Notes under the pieces: generated by a model
What the model was told of the DNA's origin: nothing
Databases searched by the model: none
What the model saw: only the letters and a program-made list of their open reading frames with translations
Source: a virus
Taxonomy: Duplodnaviria > Caudoviricetes
Strand: one strand, 5' to 3'
Length of the DNA: 64,000 nucleotides
Virus record (IMG/VR): IMGVR_UViG_3300021295_000001
Made by a program: the position numbers and the translations under genes
Shown here: positions 10,710-21,083 of the stretch, one piece after another
Layout of the letters: each line of letters opens with the position of its first letter
Numbering within the stretch: position 1 is the stretch's first letter

Positions 10710-11351
10710 TTATTCTACCTCCACATAAGACCAACTCTGGGGAGCGCGTTTGAGCCTCCTCTCCTCCTTGTTCCTGTAGTAATCCACCATCGACTCGTAA
10801 TCGTGGTGATAGGTTTTCGGAAGGGAGAAGAACTCGCTTAGTTCCTTCGGCTCATCGAAAACCTCTAGGTCGGAGATGTGCCAAGCGTAGCCAATCATTC
10901 CAAGCGGGTTATTGGAGCCGAGGCATTTTGTATCTAAATAGCGGACGACCTCGAAAGGGCTTATGCACGCTTCCTTGCATATCCGATTGTGCTTTCTTAT
11001 CTCCTCGTTGTATTTCGGTGCGTTGCCTTCGTGTTTTATCTCGCTTATAAAATCAAATTTTTCCACTTCCTTAAGCGTGAACTTCGCGACGACCTTGCCA
11101 TTCAACGGACCGTCCAGTTCGGATGTCCCGACGCATTTCATCTTCTTGTCATCGTCCTTGAATTGATGGACGCAGAAACGGGTGGCGTCGTTGGTCAAAT
11201 GCGTGAGGGAATAACCGTGCGTGCAATAGATATACACATCTATCGGCAACTCGCACTTTGGCTCGGTCTTGCGGATTTCGATGGTTTTCTCCTCATTGAG
11301 GATTTTCTCCACCCATTCGGGGCGGATGCTGATTAGGATTGCTTTCTTCAT
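10710..11351 (-). CDS. ASCH-domain (PUA-like) protein
   Basis: ILISIRPEWVEKIL..EKTIEIRK, VYIYCT, GKVV..F, APQSW.YV signature. Confidence 0.85.
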   Translation of the reverse strand: MKKAILISIRPEWVEKILNEEKTIEIRKTEPKCELPIDVYIYCTHGYSLTHLTNDATRFCVHQFKDDDKKMKCVGTSELDGPLNGKVVAKFTLKEVEKFDFISEIKHEGNAPKYNEEIRKHNRICKEACISPFEVVRYLDTKCLGSNNPLGMIGYAWHISDLEVFDEPKELSEFFSLPKTYHHDYESMVDYYRNKEERRLKRAPQSWSYVEVE

Positions 11352-11641
11352 TATTCCCAATCCTCCATTTGTTTTGCCGCTTCCTTCCAATGTTTTAATG
11401 TATCCTCAAAATTGGCGATTATCCTCAAAGCCGCTTCTTTTCTAGTGAAAAACCACCAAACCCCATAATCTTCATACAAAAACTCAATTGAGAGATTTGG
11501 ATAAAAATCATCATAATCGGCAACGATGAAGGATTTTTCTCCTAAGAAGCCGACAAATGCCAAATGTATTGAGTCGTCCCCATACTTGAGATATACGGTC
11601 TGACCTATTTCTGGTTTTATTTCTTTCTTATTCATCGCCAT
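11351..11641 (-). CDS. Hypothetical protein, family A
   Basis: KPEIGQTVY...YGVWWFFTRKEA; paralog of 12446-12718. Confidence 0.7.
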   Translation of the reverse strand: MAMNKKEIKPEIGQTVYLKYGDDSIHLAFVGFLGEKSFIVADYDDFYPNLSIEFLYEDYGVWWFFTRKEAALRIIANFEDTLKHWKEAAKQMEDWE

Positions 11642-11827
11642 TCCTCCTTCAGTCTAGCATCTCGAATCTATCGGCTTTTGCGCCTTCCAATTCCTCAATG
11701 CCTCTTTGGTCGATGATAATCGTCATATGCGGATGCATATATTTTTGGGCGTATTCCTCCGCTATTTTCTTTAGTTTTTCCCAGCATTGTTGTTTTTCCT
11801 TTTGGTATTCTCCGCGTTCTTTGGTGG

Positions 11828-12202
11828 TCACCATTTTTTCACCCCCAACTTTTCTAACTCTTCTTTTGTCAGTGCCCATGTTTTACCGTGTTCTTCAAGA
11901 GGGAAGTACTTATCCCAGTGACTCTCTATACCACAGTCAAAATCGACATTGTGTTTTACCAAGCATTTACCTCTGACATCCAACGTGGGGATGCAATAAC
12001 CCCCGTAACCCTCACAAAGGACATAGTAGATTCCATTCTCCAATGCTTTGAAAACAATGTCTGCGTCAATTCCCAACTTCTCCTCTGTGTCTTCCAAAGC
12101 GCCTAGTTTTTGGGCTAAAGAATAACGGTCGAAGTCGTCTAGAGGAGGTAAAACATATAACATGTTTCCTTGCGCCGTTTTTGTTTTGCTTGTGTATCTC
12201 AT
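11828..12202 (-). CDS. Hypothetical protein, family C
   Basis: KLG.LED.EE.LG.D and CIPT.D...KC.V.HNV.FDC shared with 15982-16362. Confidence 0.75.
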   Translation of the reverse strand: MRYTSKTKTAQGNMLYVLPPLDDFDRYSLAQKLGALEDTEEKLGIDADIVFKALENGIYYVLCEGYGGYCIPTLDVRGKCLVKHNVDFDCGIESHWDKYFPLEEHGKTWALTKEELEKLGVKKW

Positions 12203-12445
12203 AGAATTTCAATCCCTCCGTCCTCGCAAATTATAATCTGCTTGTTTGGAAACATCTTTTTGAATTCTTTTCCGCTTTCCCAACCAAATTTCATATAAAT
12301 TCTATACAAAACGTCGGCGATTGTTTCCTTTTCGCCATGGAAAACGAATGGTGAGGAAACGATGCCGTCCACCATAACATTGAAACCGTAACCAGTATCG
12401 TAAATGGAAATGACGACAATGTCTTTCATCTCATCGTTTGCCATG

Positions 12446-12718
12446 TCATTCTCCTTCCTCTTCTTCCTTCGTGAAAGCGCGGATATGGTCGTTCCACTCG
12501 TAACCGTTCCGTTTCAGCCATTCAAGGGCTTCTTCCTCCGTTAGAAACCACGAACTTCCATAACCAGCAAAACAAATGGGTTTATTGTGTATATAATCGA
12601 CCTGCCCGTAGCAAAGGAAGCGTTCCTTGCCGATATATTCGACCGTCATCTTCTTCAAATATTTATCACCCAAGAAACTGCCGATATGCCATATTTCCTG
12701 TCCCAATTTCGGTTTCAT
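12446..12718 (-). CDS. Hypothetical protein, family A
   Basis: KPKLGQEIW...YGSSWFLTEEEA. Confidence 0.7.
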   Translation of the reverse strand: MKPKLGQEIWHIGSFLGDKYLKKMTVEYIGKERFLCYGQVDYIHNKPICFAGYGSSWFLTEEEALEWLKRNGYEWNDHIRAFTKEEEEGE

Positions 12719-13077
12719 AGCAATTCGAATTCCCCTTTCTCGTTCATCTTCGCGACAAAGGAAATGCAATCCCCCCAACTATGAACCGCGCCATATACCG
12801 AGTACTCATAAGGACTGTTAAGATGATACAACTCGTAGAAGTCCGAGGGGTCCGAACGAATTTCTATCGTCCAAGGCAGTTCTTTTCCGTTCTCCTTCAT
12901 GAAGGAGATGACGTAATCGCAAAGCCCAAGAATCGAGTCGGATTCTTTTTCTACGTCGTCAAAACTAATTGGCATTTCAGGTCTCAAGCGTAAATTGGAA
13001 TCGACGATATATTCGTAATCGTTTTCACGGATTACCTCGTAAATGTACCCAAGTTTCGTCATGATGTATTTCTTCAT
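12715..13077 (-). CDS. Hypothetical protein, family B
   Basis: KYIMT...YSVYGAV...VAKMNEKGEFELL. Confidence 0.7.
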   Translation of the reverse strand: MKKYIMTKLGYIYEVIRENDYEYIVDSNLRLRPEMPISFDDVEKESDSILGLCDYVISFMKENGKELPWTIEIRSDPSDFYELYHLNSPYEYSVYGAVHSWGDCISFVAKMNEKGEFELL

Positions 13078-13436
13078 CGGCCGTCCTCCAAAACCCCCAT
13101 ATCGAAACCCGATTCGATGAACTTGACGCACAGGGCGCGGTTCACTCCGTTGCCCAAACGCGCATAGATTCTTTCCATTTCGTCTTTGGTGAACGTGAAT
13201 CCGAAATAAGCGCAAATCCCATCGAAATGGTATTTCTTGCTCTGCCATGAGCCGTTTATGGCCGCTCCGCTACAGAATTCAAGAACCTTGCAATCCAGTT
13301 CCAATTCCGTCGCTACGTTATCAAGCATGAAGAATGTGTTGGTCCTCGGGTATATTATCATCTCGTTGGAACGGTTCACGAATGCCTTCGGGAAGCACGC
13401 GAGCACCCTCGTGAGTTCTTTGCTTTCGTTGTTCAT
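13074..13436 (-). CDS. Conserved phage hypothetical protein
   Basis: CFP.AF.N...E...PRTN.FF.L...CKVLE...IY.RLGNGVN..L...FIESG pattern recalled from Bacillota phages. Confidence 0.7.
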   Translation of the reverse strand: MNNESKELTRVLACFPKAFVNRSNEMIIYPRTNTFFMLDNVATELELDCKVLEFCSGAAINGSWQSKKYHFDGICAYFGFTFTKDEMERIYARLGNGVNRALCVKFIESGFDMGVLEDGR

Positions 13437-13724
13437 ACGTTCTTCCTCCTAGCCTTTTCGATGGCTTTCGTTCTTTTTTATCGTGTAGCCATTCGACACG
13501 AACGTTATCTTCTCGATGCAACGCGCCGTGAGCAACCACACCCTACCGCCGTCCTGCAACAGCAGGTACGGGCTTCTCCCGTAGTGGTAATCGGGGTCGT
13601 TTTTCAGGAGCCAACCCCTCAGGTTCACGCGGTAGCCGTCACCGTCCGACACGACGACGTCCACGTAGTTTCCGACGGCGTATTCGTTGATTGTCCTTTT
13701 ATTATACCTCATGGACACCCTCCG

Positions 13725-13964
13725 TCAGCAATTAACTTTCTCTTTTTTCTTCACCAGTTTCTTTCCGCAATGCGGGCAATACTTGAAATGAACCTCGGAG
13801 TCCATTTCGTTCTCTTTGTTGAAAATGAAGGGACAGGAAAACGACTTCCCCGTTTTCTCGCAGGAAATCTCCGCTTCAAAAACCTCATCCACACCACATT
13901 CCAATATGTGATGGATGTCCTCCCTTTTGTGTCCGTCTGATAATACGAATTTGACTTTAACCAT
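13725..13964 (-). CDS. Small zinc-ribbon protein
   Basis: CEKTG...FKYCPHCGKKL. Confidence 0.65.
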   Translation of the reverse strand: MVKVKFVLSDGHKREDIHHILECGVDEVFEAEISCEKTGKSFSCPFIFNKENEMDSEVHFKYCPHCGKKLVKKKEKVNC

Positions 13965-15337
13965 GTTTTCTTTCCTTTCTCATTCCTCGTCCTTCTCGAC
14001 GTCAGCGCCTTCCACGCCTTCTAGTTCGTTTTCATATTCCTTCGCTTTGGAAGGGTCGTAAAAGTGGATATAGCGACCATCCAGTTTGAGTATGACGAAC
14101 CCTCGTTCTATGAGGTATTTTTCAACCTCGTATGGACTCCCATACTCGGAATATGCGATTCCGTCTATCCCATATTCCGCGAAGAACACGTTTATGTCAA
14201 TCATCTTGCTTCCTCCAGGTTTATCTTTCCGTCTTCGAGGTCCAGCAACGCTTGCTCGTATCCCCTTACCCAAGCGTTCTCAATCGTTGCACGGCGCATT
14301 TTGTCGTTTGCTGAGTGGGATGGGAATCGCCAACCGATGTCATGCAAAAAGCAATCAACCGCTTCCTCGACGCTTCCGCTGTGTTCAAGCCGTACTCTTA
14401 TTCCCTCGATTGCGCTTCTATAGCCCGCTTCGTAATCTCTCTTTATTCGCGCTTCTGTTTTCATTGTCCGCAAGCCCTTCCTTGTTTCTCTTCTTCTTTA
14501 TCTTCTAGGTAAAGATATCCAAAAGTGAAAATTAAGCCGAATACTGGCAAAGTTAATTGCAGATATGTTATCAATCCGTAATCAGGTTTTCCTGCATAAA
14601 GCGTTATCGAAAATATGAATAGCAAAATAATCTCGCCAAGCACGCATCCCGCCAAGAACAAACCGAGGAACAAACCGAGTGTTTTTAGGATAACTTTCAT
14701 TCCTCCACCTCCTCGTTCATGATGTTTGTATCCTCGTACCCGAACGTGATGTCGTTGTTCGTTAGAAAATCGTGCACGTTTTCAAAGGCGTTCAGCCTTC
14801 CAGATAGTTCGGAGTCTTTGCACACGAGGCGTAGGAATTCGGCCATGTCGCCCGTTTGCTTGCTTTCGTAGTCGGCCCTCTCGATGCCGAGGTCGTTCCG
14901 TTTTCTCTCTTTTTCGATGCGACGAATCTGACTCCTCGTCGAAAACTCCAGGAAATCCAGTTTCGTGAGCGCGATTTTCAATGTCATAATCACGTCGTCC
15001 CACTTCCCTTTGTCTTTTTCTGGTAGGCTGTCTTGGAAATACATTACGAAGGCGACCGCTTGTTCCAATTTCATTGTTCGTCCACCTCAACGTTGCCCGC
15101 TTCCGCCTTCTTGAAGACTCTGTCCAGTTCCGCGTCCAATTCGGCGACGTACCAATGCATGGCGTCGAACGTCGCCTTGACGTCCGTAATCTCGTAGAAA
15201 TGCCTGAGGGACTTCGTCAGCCTCCTGCCTTTGAGCCCTAGTTGCCTCGTGGTGTCGAGGAAGTCGATTGCCTTCAGTGCCTTGGACGCCTTCTCGCGCA
15301 TCCGCATCAGCGCCTTGTATTCTTCCTTAGCGTCCAT

Positions 15338-15967
15338 TCACTTTGCCTCCAATTCGGACAACCGCCTCTCGACGTCCTCGATTTTCCCGAGCAACTCCTC
15401 CTTGCTCTTGGCGAAGTACTCGCGTGCGATTCGCTTGGCCTCGGCCTCGCCATGGAGTTCCCTCTCAAGACAGTGCCTTTTTTGGCCGAACGACGTCCCC
15501 TCGGTGAGGTGCGCGCATTCGTATTGGTATCCTTTGTAGACACCGCAGTCCTCCACGGAGCGGACCTCCAAGGGGTAGATTTCCCCGTTGCAGACGATGT
15601 AGGCGGTATCGCCGACGGAGTATTCGGGCGACCTAGTGGTCAGCGCCCTCTCCTCCATGTCCTCGATGTCGCTTTCGATTGCCTTCAGTTTGTTGGACGC
15701 GTTCTTCCTGCAGACCCTGAGCGCTCTGAGGTTCTCCTGAATCGCCTCGTCCTCGCTGAGCAGGTCTTCGTCGTCGTAACCGAAGTAGATGTCGTCGTCC
15801 TCGGCGTAGTTCGGGTCCATGCTTCTGACTTCGTACTCGTAATTGCTGTCCCCAAATAAGGAAATGCGGGTTACCCTCTTTGGGACCATCACGCTGTACG
15901 TGACCCCGTCTGTGTCGATGACGTATCCGACGTCCCCGACCTTGAACTTCGCTTTTTTGGTTTCCAT
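15338..15967 (-). CDS. Hypothetical protein, family D, internal tandem duplication
   Basis: KFKVGDVGY and EYSVGDTAY units, each followed by a coiled coil. Confidence 0.7.
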   Translation of the reverse strand: METKKAKFKVGDVGYVIDTDGVTYSVMVPKRVTRISLFGDSNYEYEVRSMDPNYAEDDDIYFGYDDEDLLSEDEAIQENLRALRVCRKNASNKLKAIESDIEDMEERALTTRSPEYSVGDTAYIVCNGEIYPLEVRSVEDCGVYKGYQYECAHLTEGTSFGQKRHCLERELHGEAEAKRIAREYFAKSKEELLGKIEDVERRLSELEAK

Positions 15968-15981
15968 GTGTTTCCTCCCAA

Positions 15982-16362
15982 TCACAAACGATTTACTTCT
16001 AGGATATTATATTGCGTGGTTATGTCTTTGTCAACGTCCTTGAATCCGTTTTCCGTCAAGGACCATGTGTAGCCCTCTCCGTTGAAATAATAGTAATTGG
16101 TAAAATTACTTTCGCCACTGCAATCGAAATACACATTGTGATTTACGAAGCATTTGTGGTAGAGGTCTATGGTCGGTATGCACTTACGAAATCCCTTATT
16201 GGAATAAATGCCTTCCATTCCGCCTTTTATCACGGTCATGATGTCGGTCCCCAGTTCCTCTTCGGCGTCCTCGATTTCCCCTAGTTTGATGAGGGCCATG
16301 GCGCTATCGCTTAACCCAATTATTATTCCGTTCTCATCCTTAATCGTGTATCTCATCGTCAT
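15982..16362 (-). CDS. Hypothetical protein, family C
   Basis: Paralog of 11828-12202. Confidence 0.75.
   Translation of the reverse strand: MTMRYTIKDENGIIIGLSDSAMALIKLGEIEDAEEELGTDIMTVIKGGMEGIYSNKGFRKCIPTIDLYHKCFVNHNVYFDCSGESNFTNYYYFNGEGYTWSLTENGFKDVDKDITTQYNILEVNRL
16006..16034 (-). promoter_or_regulatory. Consensus sigma70/sigmaA promoter
   Basis: Minus strand TTGACA-17 bp-TATAAT, inside the 3' end of 15982-16362. Confidence 0.85.
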
Positions 16363-16679
16363 ACTCCTTTAATATCGGTAATCGCCACCCAACGAAGACA
16401 TCATCATGGCCGACAGCAACCCGATTCTCCTCATCGCGTTCTTCGCCGATTGCCGTGACCTGCTGGCATCCTCTTCCAACTGTTCAAAGGTCTTCCCAAC
16501 GTCCAACACGATGACGGTCAGGCCGACGCTTTCCTCCGTGCTGAGGACCTCCATGTCGGACAGTTCGTCGAATAGGTCCTCAGGCATCCTCTTCGCCTTG
16601 TCGTCGAAGAGTTTTTTGATTTCGTTCTTCTCGAGGATTGTCAAATGCCTGTTCCTCGAAATCGCCAATTCGCGCAATT

Positions 16680-17201
16680 TCATTCCTTTCCCTCCTTGGT
16701 ATTCGACTTATAAGAAGCAAATGCGCCAACATTGAGTTTTGGCACTTTTGCCCAGTGTTTCTTAAACTTTAACTTTGTGGCTTCGCCATTTCGGTTAGCC
16801 TCGTTCGAGCGGTTGAATTCCCTATCGAAGGCCTTCTCTAAAGACGAGAAGAACTTGAACTTATCTTCTTCGACGAACCAACGCACACCCTCGTCTTCCA
16901 ACCAATATGTTTCCGCGCTCTTTTCTTTCGTGATTACGGCGTATCTACCATGTTTCTTCTTGATGCCCTTTATCGCGAAAGTTCCTTCTTTCGCATATAG
17001 AACATCGTGGGTGAGAACCGAAATTATCGTGCTTAAGCCAATGTTGAGTTTGGTCTCGGCGTCGTCTATGAAGTCTTCCAACTCGCCGAATTCCTCTATA
17101 AGTTCTGATTCGGAATCCGAGCCGAACCTGTCCAAGAAATATTTCGATTTCTTGTGCCATCCGCACTCGGTTATTTCGGTGCATCTATAGGATTTCTTCA
17201 T
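16680..17201 (-). CDS. Hypothetical protein, family C (divergent)
   Basis: EFGELEDF...ETKLNIG and YWLEDEGVRWF. Confidence 0.65.
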   Translation of the reverse strand: MKKSYRCTEITECGWHKKSKYFLDRFGSDSESELIEEFGELEDFIDDAETKLNIGLSTIISVLTHDVLYAKEGTFAIKGIKKKHGRYAVITKEKSAETYWLEDEGVRWFVEEDKFKFFSSLEKAFDREFNRSNEANRNGEATKLKFKKHWAKVPKLNVGAFASYKSNTKEGKE

Positions 17202-17466
17202 ATCTTTCCCCCTCAATAGAAGTCCTTCACGAAGCACCCGTAGGTGTCGTATCCTGGGTTTCGTCCAAACCAGTCAAGCGCCTTGTCCAGTTTTTCTTGG
17301 AACTCGTCGTCGAACATCGTGCTGTCGTAACTCCTGCCGTTTTCCAGTTCGACCTCGGTGGACCAACCGCCTATCGTCACCTGCCTGACCTCGTATTCCC
17401 TGCCCACTTCCAGTTCTGGGCATTCCGATTCGTCCCAAGGCTCTATGTTCGTTATCGCTTTCGCCT

Positions 17467-17808
17467 TCATCGTTTCCCGCACACGGACTCCTCTATCCTC
17501 TCGGCCTCGGCCAGCAATGCCTTCTTCTTCTCCACTTCGCGCCTTAGGTCAAGCGCGTGTTTCCGAACGAACATGCGGTAGCCAGCGTCGCGCTCATCCT
17601 CGGTGTACAGCGCCTCCTCGTAACACGCCTCGTCGCGCCCGTCCCGCCTTAGGCCGTACATGACGTCCACGACTTCCCCGCCGTCATCCAAGGCTATGCG
17701 ACGGACGTATACCTCGACGACCTTATAAGACAACATGGCGGGGATTCCAGCCTCCGTCATGCCCATATAGGCGGTGTCGCCCAAATCGAACTTCGTCTTG
17801 ATTTCCAT
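17467..17808 (-). CDS. Hypothetical protein, family D
   Basis: MEIKTKFDLGDTAY. Confidence 0.7.
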   Translation of the reverse strand: MEIKTKFDLGDTAYMGMTEAGIPAMLSYKVVEVYVRRIALDDGGEVVDVMYGLRRDGRDEACYEEALYTEDERDAGYRMFVRKHALDLRREVEKKKALLAEAERIEESVCGKR

Positions 17809-18267
17809 GTCAGTCCTCCCTTATGCAATCGTACATGAAGTCGTTCCCGCCTTTGGTGGCAACCCATTCCTCGTACGTGTATACGCGAACCTCGTCCGAG
17901 AACGGTTGCACCACGAGCCAGTTGTAACTGTACGGGTTCGCGTGGAACATGGCCGTCATGCCGTTCCTGACGTCGAGGGAGAATTTGCCTCGCATGTATA
18001 TGAGGTCGCACCTGACCGTCCCGAGTTTCTTGATTTCCCCGCTACCAGTCGCGACGTAGTAGACGTCGAAACAACGCCATCCGTAGTTCTTCCTGCTCGA
18101 TGGCTTGGTCAGGACGCACGTCGTGACGAATTCGCCCGCTTCAGGGCCAGGCTTTTCCGTCTCGTAATGGAAATGGTTGTGCGCGTAATCGCCGTCATGC
18201 GCCTCGAGCAACTCCCTTTCGTCATCGTCAATCATTCTGCTTATCATCGTCTTTCCCCTTTCTCCGT

Positions 18268-18645
18268 TCATAGGAGTTTCCACTCCCCCTTATCGTATTC
18301 GGCGACTGGGGTCAGGCCACCGCCTTCCCATATGACGCCGTAAATAGAATAACCCATGCCGTCGTATGTGTCAAGCACCGATTTGGCGTCCCACGAGTCT
18401 GACGGCAGGTATTTGTGGCGCTCCTCGCCGTCCAGCGTGCCGACCACGGTGAACCCGTCGAACAGGGGAGGAAGGTCGTCGGACTTGGCCTTCACGCGGT
18501 CCGACGGAACCCACATCTTGTTGAAGTCGCAAAGGAACCCAGACCCGTTGCGCACGAGGTATTCGGCTTCCCCCTTCCAGTCGTCCCGCGCGTCCAGCGC
18601 CTCGCGTATGCCTTCGTCCGTCCTGACGTATTTCGGATTCGTCAT
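18268..18645 (-). CDS. Hypothetical protein, family B
   Basis: KYVRT...YSIYGVIW...VAEYDKGEWKLL. Confidence 0.7.
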   Translation of the reverse strand: MTNPKYVRTDEGIREALDARDDWKGEAEYLVRNGSGFLCDFNKMWVPSDRVKAKSDDLPPLFDGFTVVGTLDGEERHKYLPSDSWDAKSVLDTYDGMGYSIYGVIWEGGGLTPVAEYDKGEWKLL

Positions 18646-19018
18646 AACTCGTTCCTCCCGTAATACGAATCGCCGTCCTCTGGCTCCGACTCGATTGGCT
18701 CGCACGGGTCGTCGTCCCTAAGTTCGAAAAGGGCCCGCTCCATGGCGCGACGCTCCTTCCTCTGCTCCATGCTCGGCCTGACGTCCGCGCCCGACGTGGC
18801 GTGCCTATGCGCCGTCTCCGCGTCCAGCAAACCGCGAACGAAGCATTCCTCGAACACGCCGTCCACCATCTCCTCGGTCACCCAATGGGGCAGGTAACTC
18901 GCGCGTTCCAAGAACCTCGCTATGTTCATGAGGTACTCATCGGAAACCTCCGATTTCCAGTATTCCCTTTCCTTCGTCTTCCAAAAAACCATGGCAATTA
19001 TCACCCTTCTCCCCAAAC

Positions 19019-19047
19019 ATTGTAACGCGGGATGGCGACCAAGTCAA
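19019..19047 (-). promoter_or_regulatory. sigma70-type promoter driving the leftward early array
   Basis: Minus strand TTGACT-17-TACAAT. Confidence 0.75.
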
Positions 19048-19097
19048 GACAAGCGGTAGCCCCCGACGTTATTATACGGTCGGCCCCATACCGCTTT

Positions 19098-19106
19098 TGC
19101 TAAATT
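19098..19106 (+). promoter_or_regulatory. Putative phage late promoter TGCTAAATT (first of 13 exact copies)
   Basis: Also at 20020, 21514, 25936, 31741, 34916, 39828, 44139, 45180, 47048, 49071, 56781, 58031; each just upstream of a + strand gene or unit. Confidence 0.75.
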
Positions 19107-19133
19107 CCTAGAACACAAGGAGATATTTTTGAC

Positions 19134-19307
19134 ATGATTACATCCGTTGACCAAAGCACATACGAATTCAGGGGACTCAGCACCGACACGAAGCCGACCG
19201 AGAACGTCGGGAACGGCTCCCTGTTCTTCGAGATGGACACCTCGAAGTGGTACATGTTCGACGCATCCGCCAACACGTGGATGGAAATCACGTGGAGGGG
19301 AATCTAA
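19134..19307 (+). CDS. Small 57-aa phage protein (missed by ORF track)
   Basis: MITSVDQSTYEFRGLSTDTKPTENVGNGSLFFEMDTSKWYMFDASANTWMEITWRGI; AAGGAG RBS; follows late motif. Confidence 0.75.
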   Translation: MITSVDQSTYEFRGLSTDTKPTENVGNGSLFFEMDTSKWYMFDASANTWMEITWRGI

Positions 19308-19347
19308 GGCGCGCGCACCGTTCTCGCGATAGAGTGAGGCACGATAG

Positions 19348-20025
19348 ATGAAACCATCGGAATTGTTCTACAAATGCGCCTTCGAGGTCAAATACGAGAC
19401 CGTGGGCAACGACGTGAACTACGCGTTCATCGAGGATGGTAGCACGTTGTACCTGTTCCTGCAAGGAAGTTCGAGTGACGTCGATTGGCGACGGAATTTC
19501 ACGTTCCCAGCCCGCCCGTACAAGGACATGGGCATCCCGTATCTCGTCCACCGCGGGTTCTTGGAGGCGTGGAAGGAACTCGAGGACGTAGTCATCGCCA
19601 AGGTGACGGAACGCGTCCCGTATGGCGAGTGGAAGTACAAATATGACCACGTCGTCGTCATCGGCTATTCCCACGGTTCCAGTTTGGCATTCTTTGCAAC
19701 AGAGTGCATATGGTATCACAGAGAAGATTTGAGGGACGGAGGGTTTGAGACATACGCCTTTGAATCACCTAGAGTGTTTGCTGGGTTTTGGATTCCAAAA
19801 AAATTAAGGGAGCGTTGGAACAACATGACTGTGTTCGTCAACGGAAGTGACATAGTAACCCATTGTCCGCCTCGGATATTTGGATTTTGTCACGCAGGAC
19901 ACATAGTGCATATAAAAGGAGATGTTTCTTTGGTAGAAGGAAGGCTACCGAAATGCATCAAGTACCATTATCCACAAGTAGTTGAGGATGGCCTTAAAAA
20001 GTACGAAAAAGACAAAGACTGCTAA
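19348..20025 (+). CDS. Lipase class 3 (alpha/beta hydrolase)
   Basis: LFLQGS, VHRGF, VIGYSHG (GxSxG), FESPRV, DIVT..P, terminal HYP. Confidence 0.85.
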   Translation: MKPSELFYKCAFEVKYETVGNDVNYAFIEDGSTLYLFLQGSSSDVDWRRNFTFPARPYKDMGIPYLVHRGFLEAWKELEDVVIAKVTERVPYGEWKYKYDHVVVIGYSHGSSLAFFATECIWYHREDLRDGGFETYAFESPRVFAGFWIPKKLRERWNNMTVFVNGSDIVTHCPPRIFGFCHAGHIVHIKGDVSLVEGRLPKCIKYHYPQVVEDGLKKYEKDKDC

Positions 20026-20120
20026 ATTGTATAGATTGCTCCTCTGATGGTGACGCGTCTGTTGGAGAAATCCGACACACCTTCAGGGGAGGAATCTTCA
20101 GGGACGAATTAAAGCAAAAA

Positions 20121-21071
20121 TTGTTGGGTCTAGGGTGTTTCGTTGACAACGAATACCTAGACCTTTATTGTTCTTTGATAAACGATAACAGAGCCACAAA
20201 AAGGGAAAAGTTCAAAACGCAAAGCCACCACATAATACCGAAATGCTGTTTTTCTTGCCTAAAGTTGCCGATAGACGATTCATCAGAAAACAAAGTCAAT
20301 CTCCTGTATTCAAAACATATCCTTGCTCACTATTATTTGTGTTTGTGTTCAGATAGCACCAATAAACAATTAAAATACAAGTTGGAGAATTCATTTCTTC
20401 ATCTTGTATCAGGCGATGCCAACAACAAAAAACGCATTGAAAATTATGAGGTGGATGAATTTGAACAATTTCAAGAAATATATGAGGAGTGGAAAAGTCT
20501 AAATAGTTCACTTAAATTGGGGAAATCTTCTTGGAACAAAGGTCTTACAAAATCGACAGATGCTCGTGTTGCAAAATACTCTAAACCTCGTAACTTTTCT
20601 AAAGAGCATAATAAAAATCTAAGTAAAGCAATAAAAGAATACTTCAAAACTCATGTAGCGCCAGCAAAAGGGAGAAAGTTATCGGACGAAGCAAAACGCA
20701 AACTATCTGAAGCGCACAAAGGTAAATATTATATGCCAAAGGACCCAGAGGCGCATTCAAAGAAAATGTCAGAAAATTCAAAGAGATACTGGGAAACTCA
20801 TCCCGAAAGAATTAAAGCCCTCATAGAATACAACAAATCTCGTGTTATATCAGAAGAAACACGACGCAAAATTGCCTTGGGCCAAAAGAGACAAGAAGTT
20901 GTAATGATAGACGATGACGGGAATGTGATACATAATTTTATATCCATCAAAGATGCTGCTAGATATTTCAACATAACGAATTGTGCCGTTTCTTGGAGAA
21001 TAAAGAAAAGAAAGGAAATTGAGCCAGGAAGATACTTAGCATTCAAACAGGATACAGATGTCAGAAAATAA
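20121..21071 (+). mobile_element. Free-standing HNH homing endonuclease with NUMOD3/NUMOD1-like DNA-binding repeats
   Basis: HHIIPKC...N.VNL...H..AH; WNKG, LSDEAKRKLSEAHKG, FISIKDAARY; AT-rich; exact start uncertain. Confidence 0.8.
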
Positions 21072-21083
21072 AAACAAAAGAAG

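Larger units (their letters stand above)
7062..19016 (-). other. Leftward early-gene array of about 36 small, translationally coupled hypothetical ORFs (e.g. 7062-7436, 7444-7776, 8339-8548, 8541-8837, 9250-9486, 11649-11834, 12199-12444, 13449-13718, 13980-14204, 14201-14464, 14461-14700, 14697-15074, 15071-15337, 16369-16683, 17213-17482, 17810-18271, 18642-18992)
   Basis: Head-to-tail ORFs with ATGA overlaps and GGAGG-type RBSs on the minus strand; consensus sigma70 promoters at 19019-19047 and 16006-16034. Confidence 0.8.
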
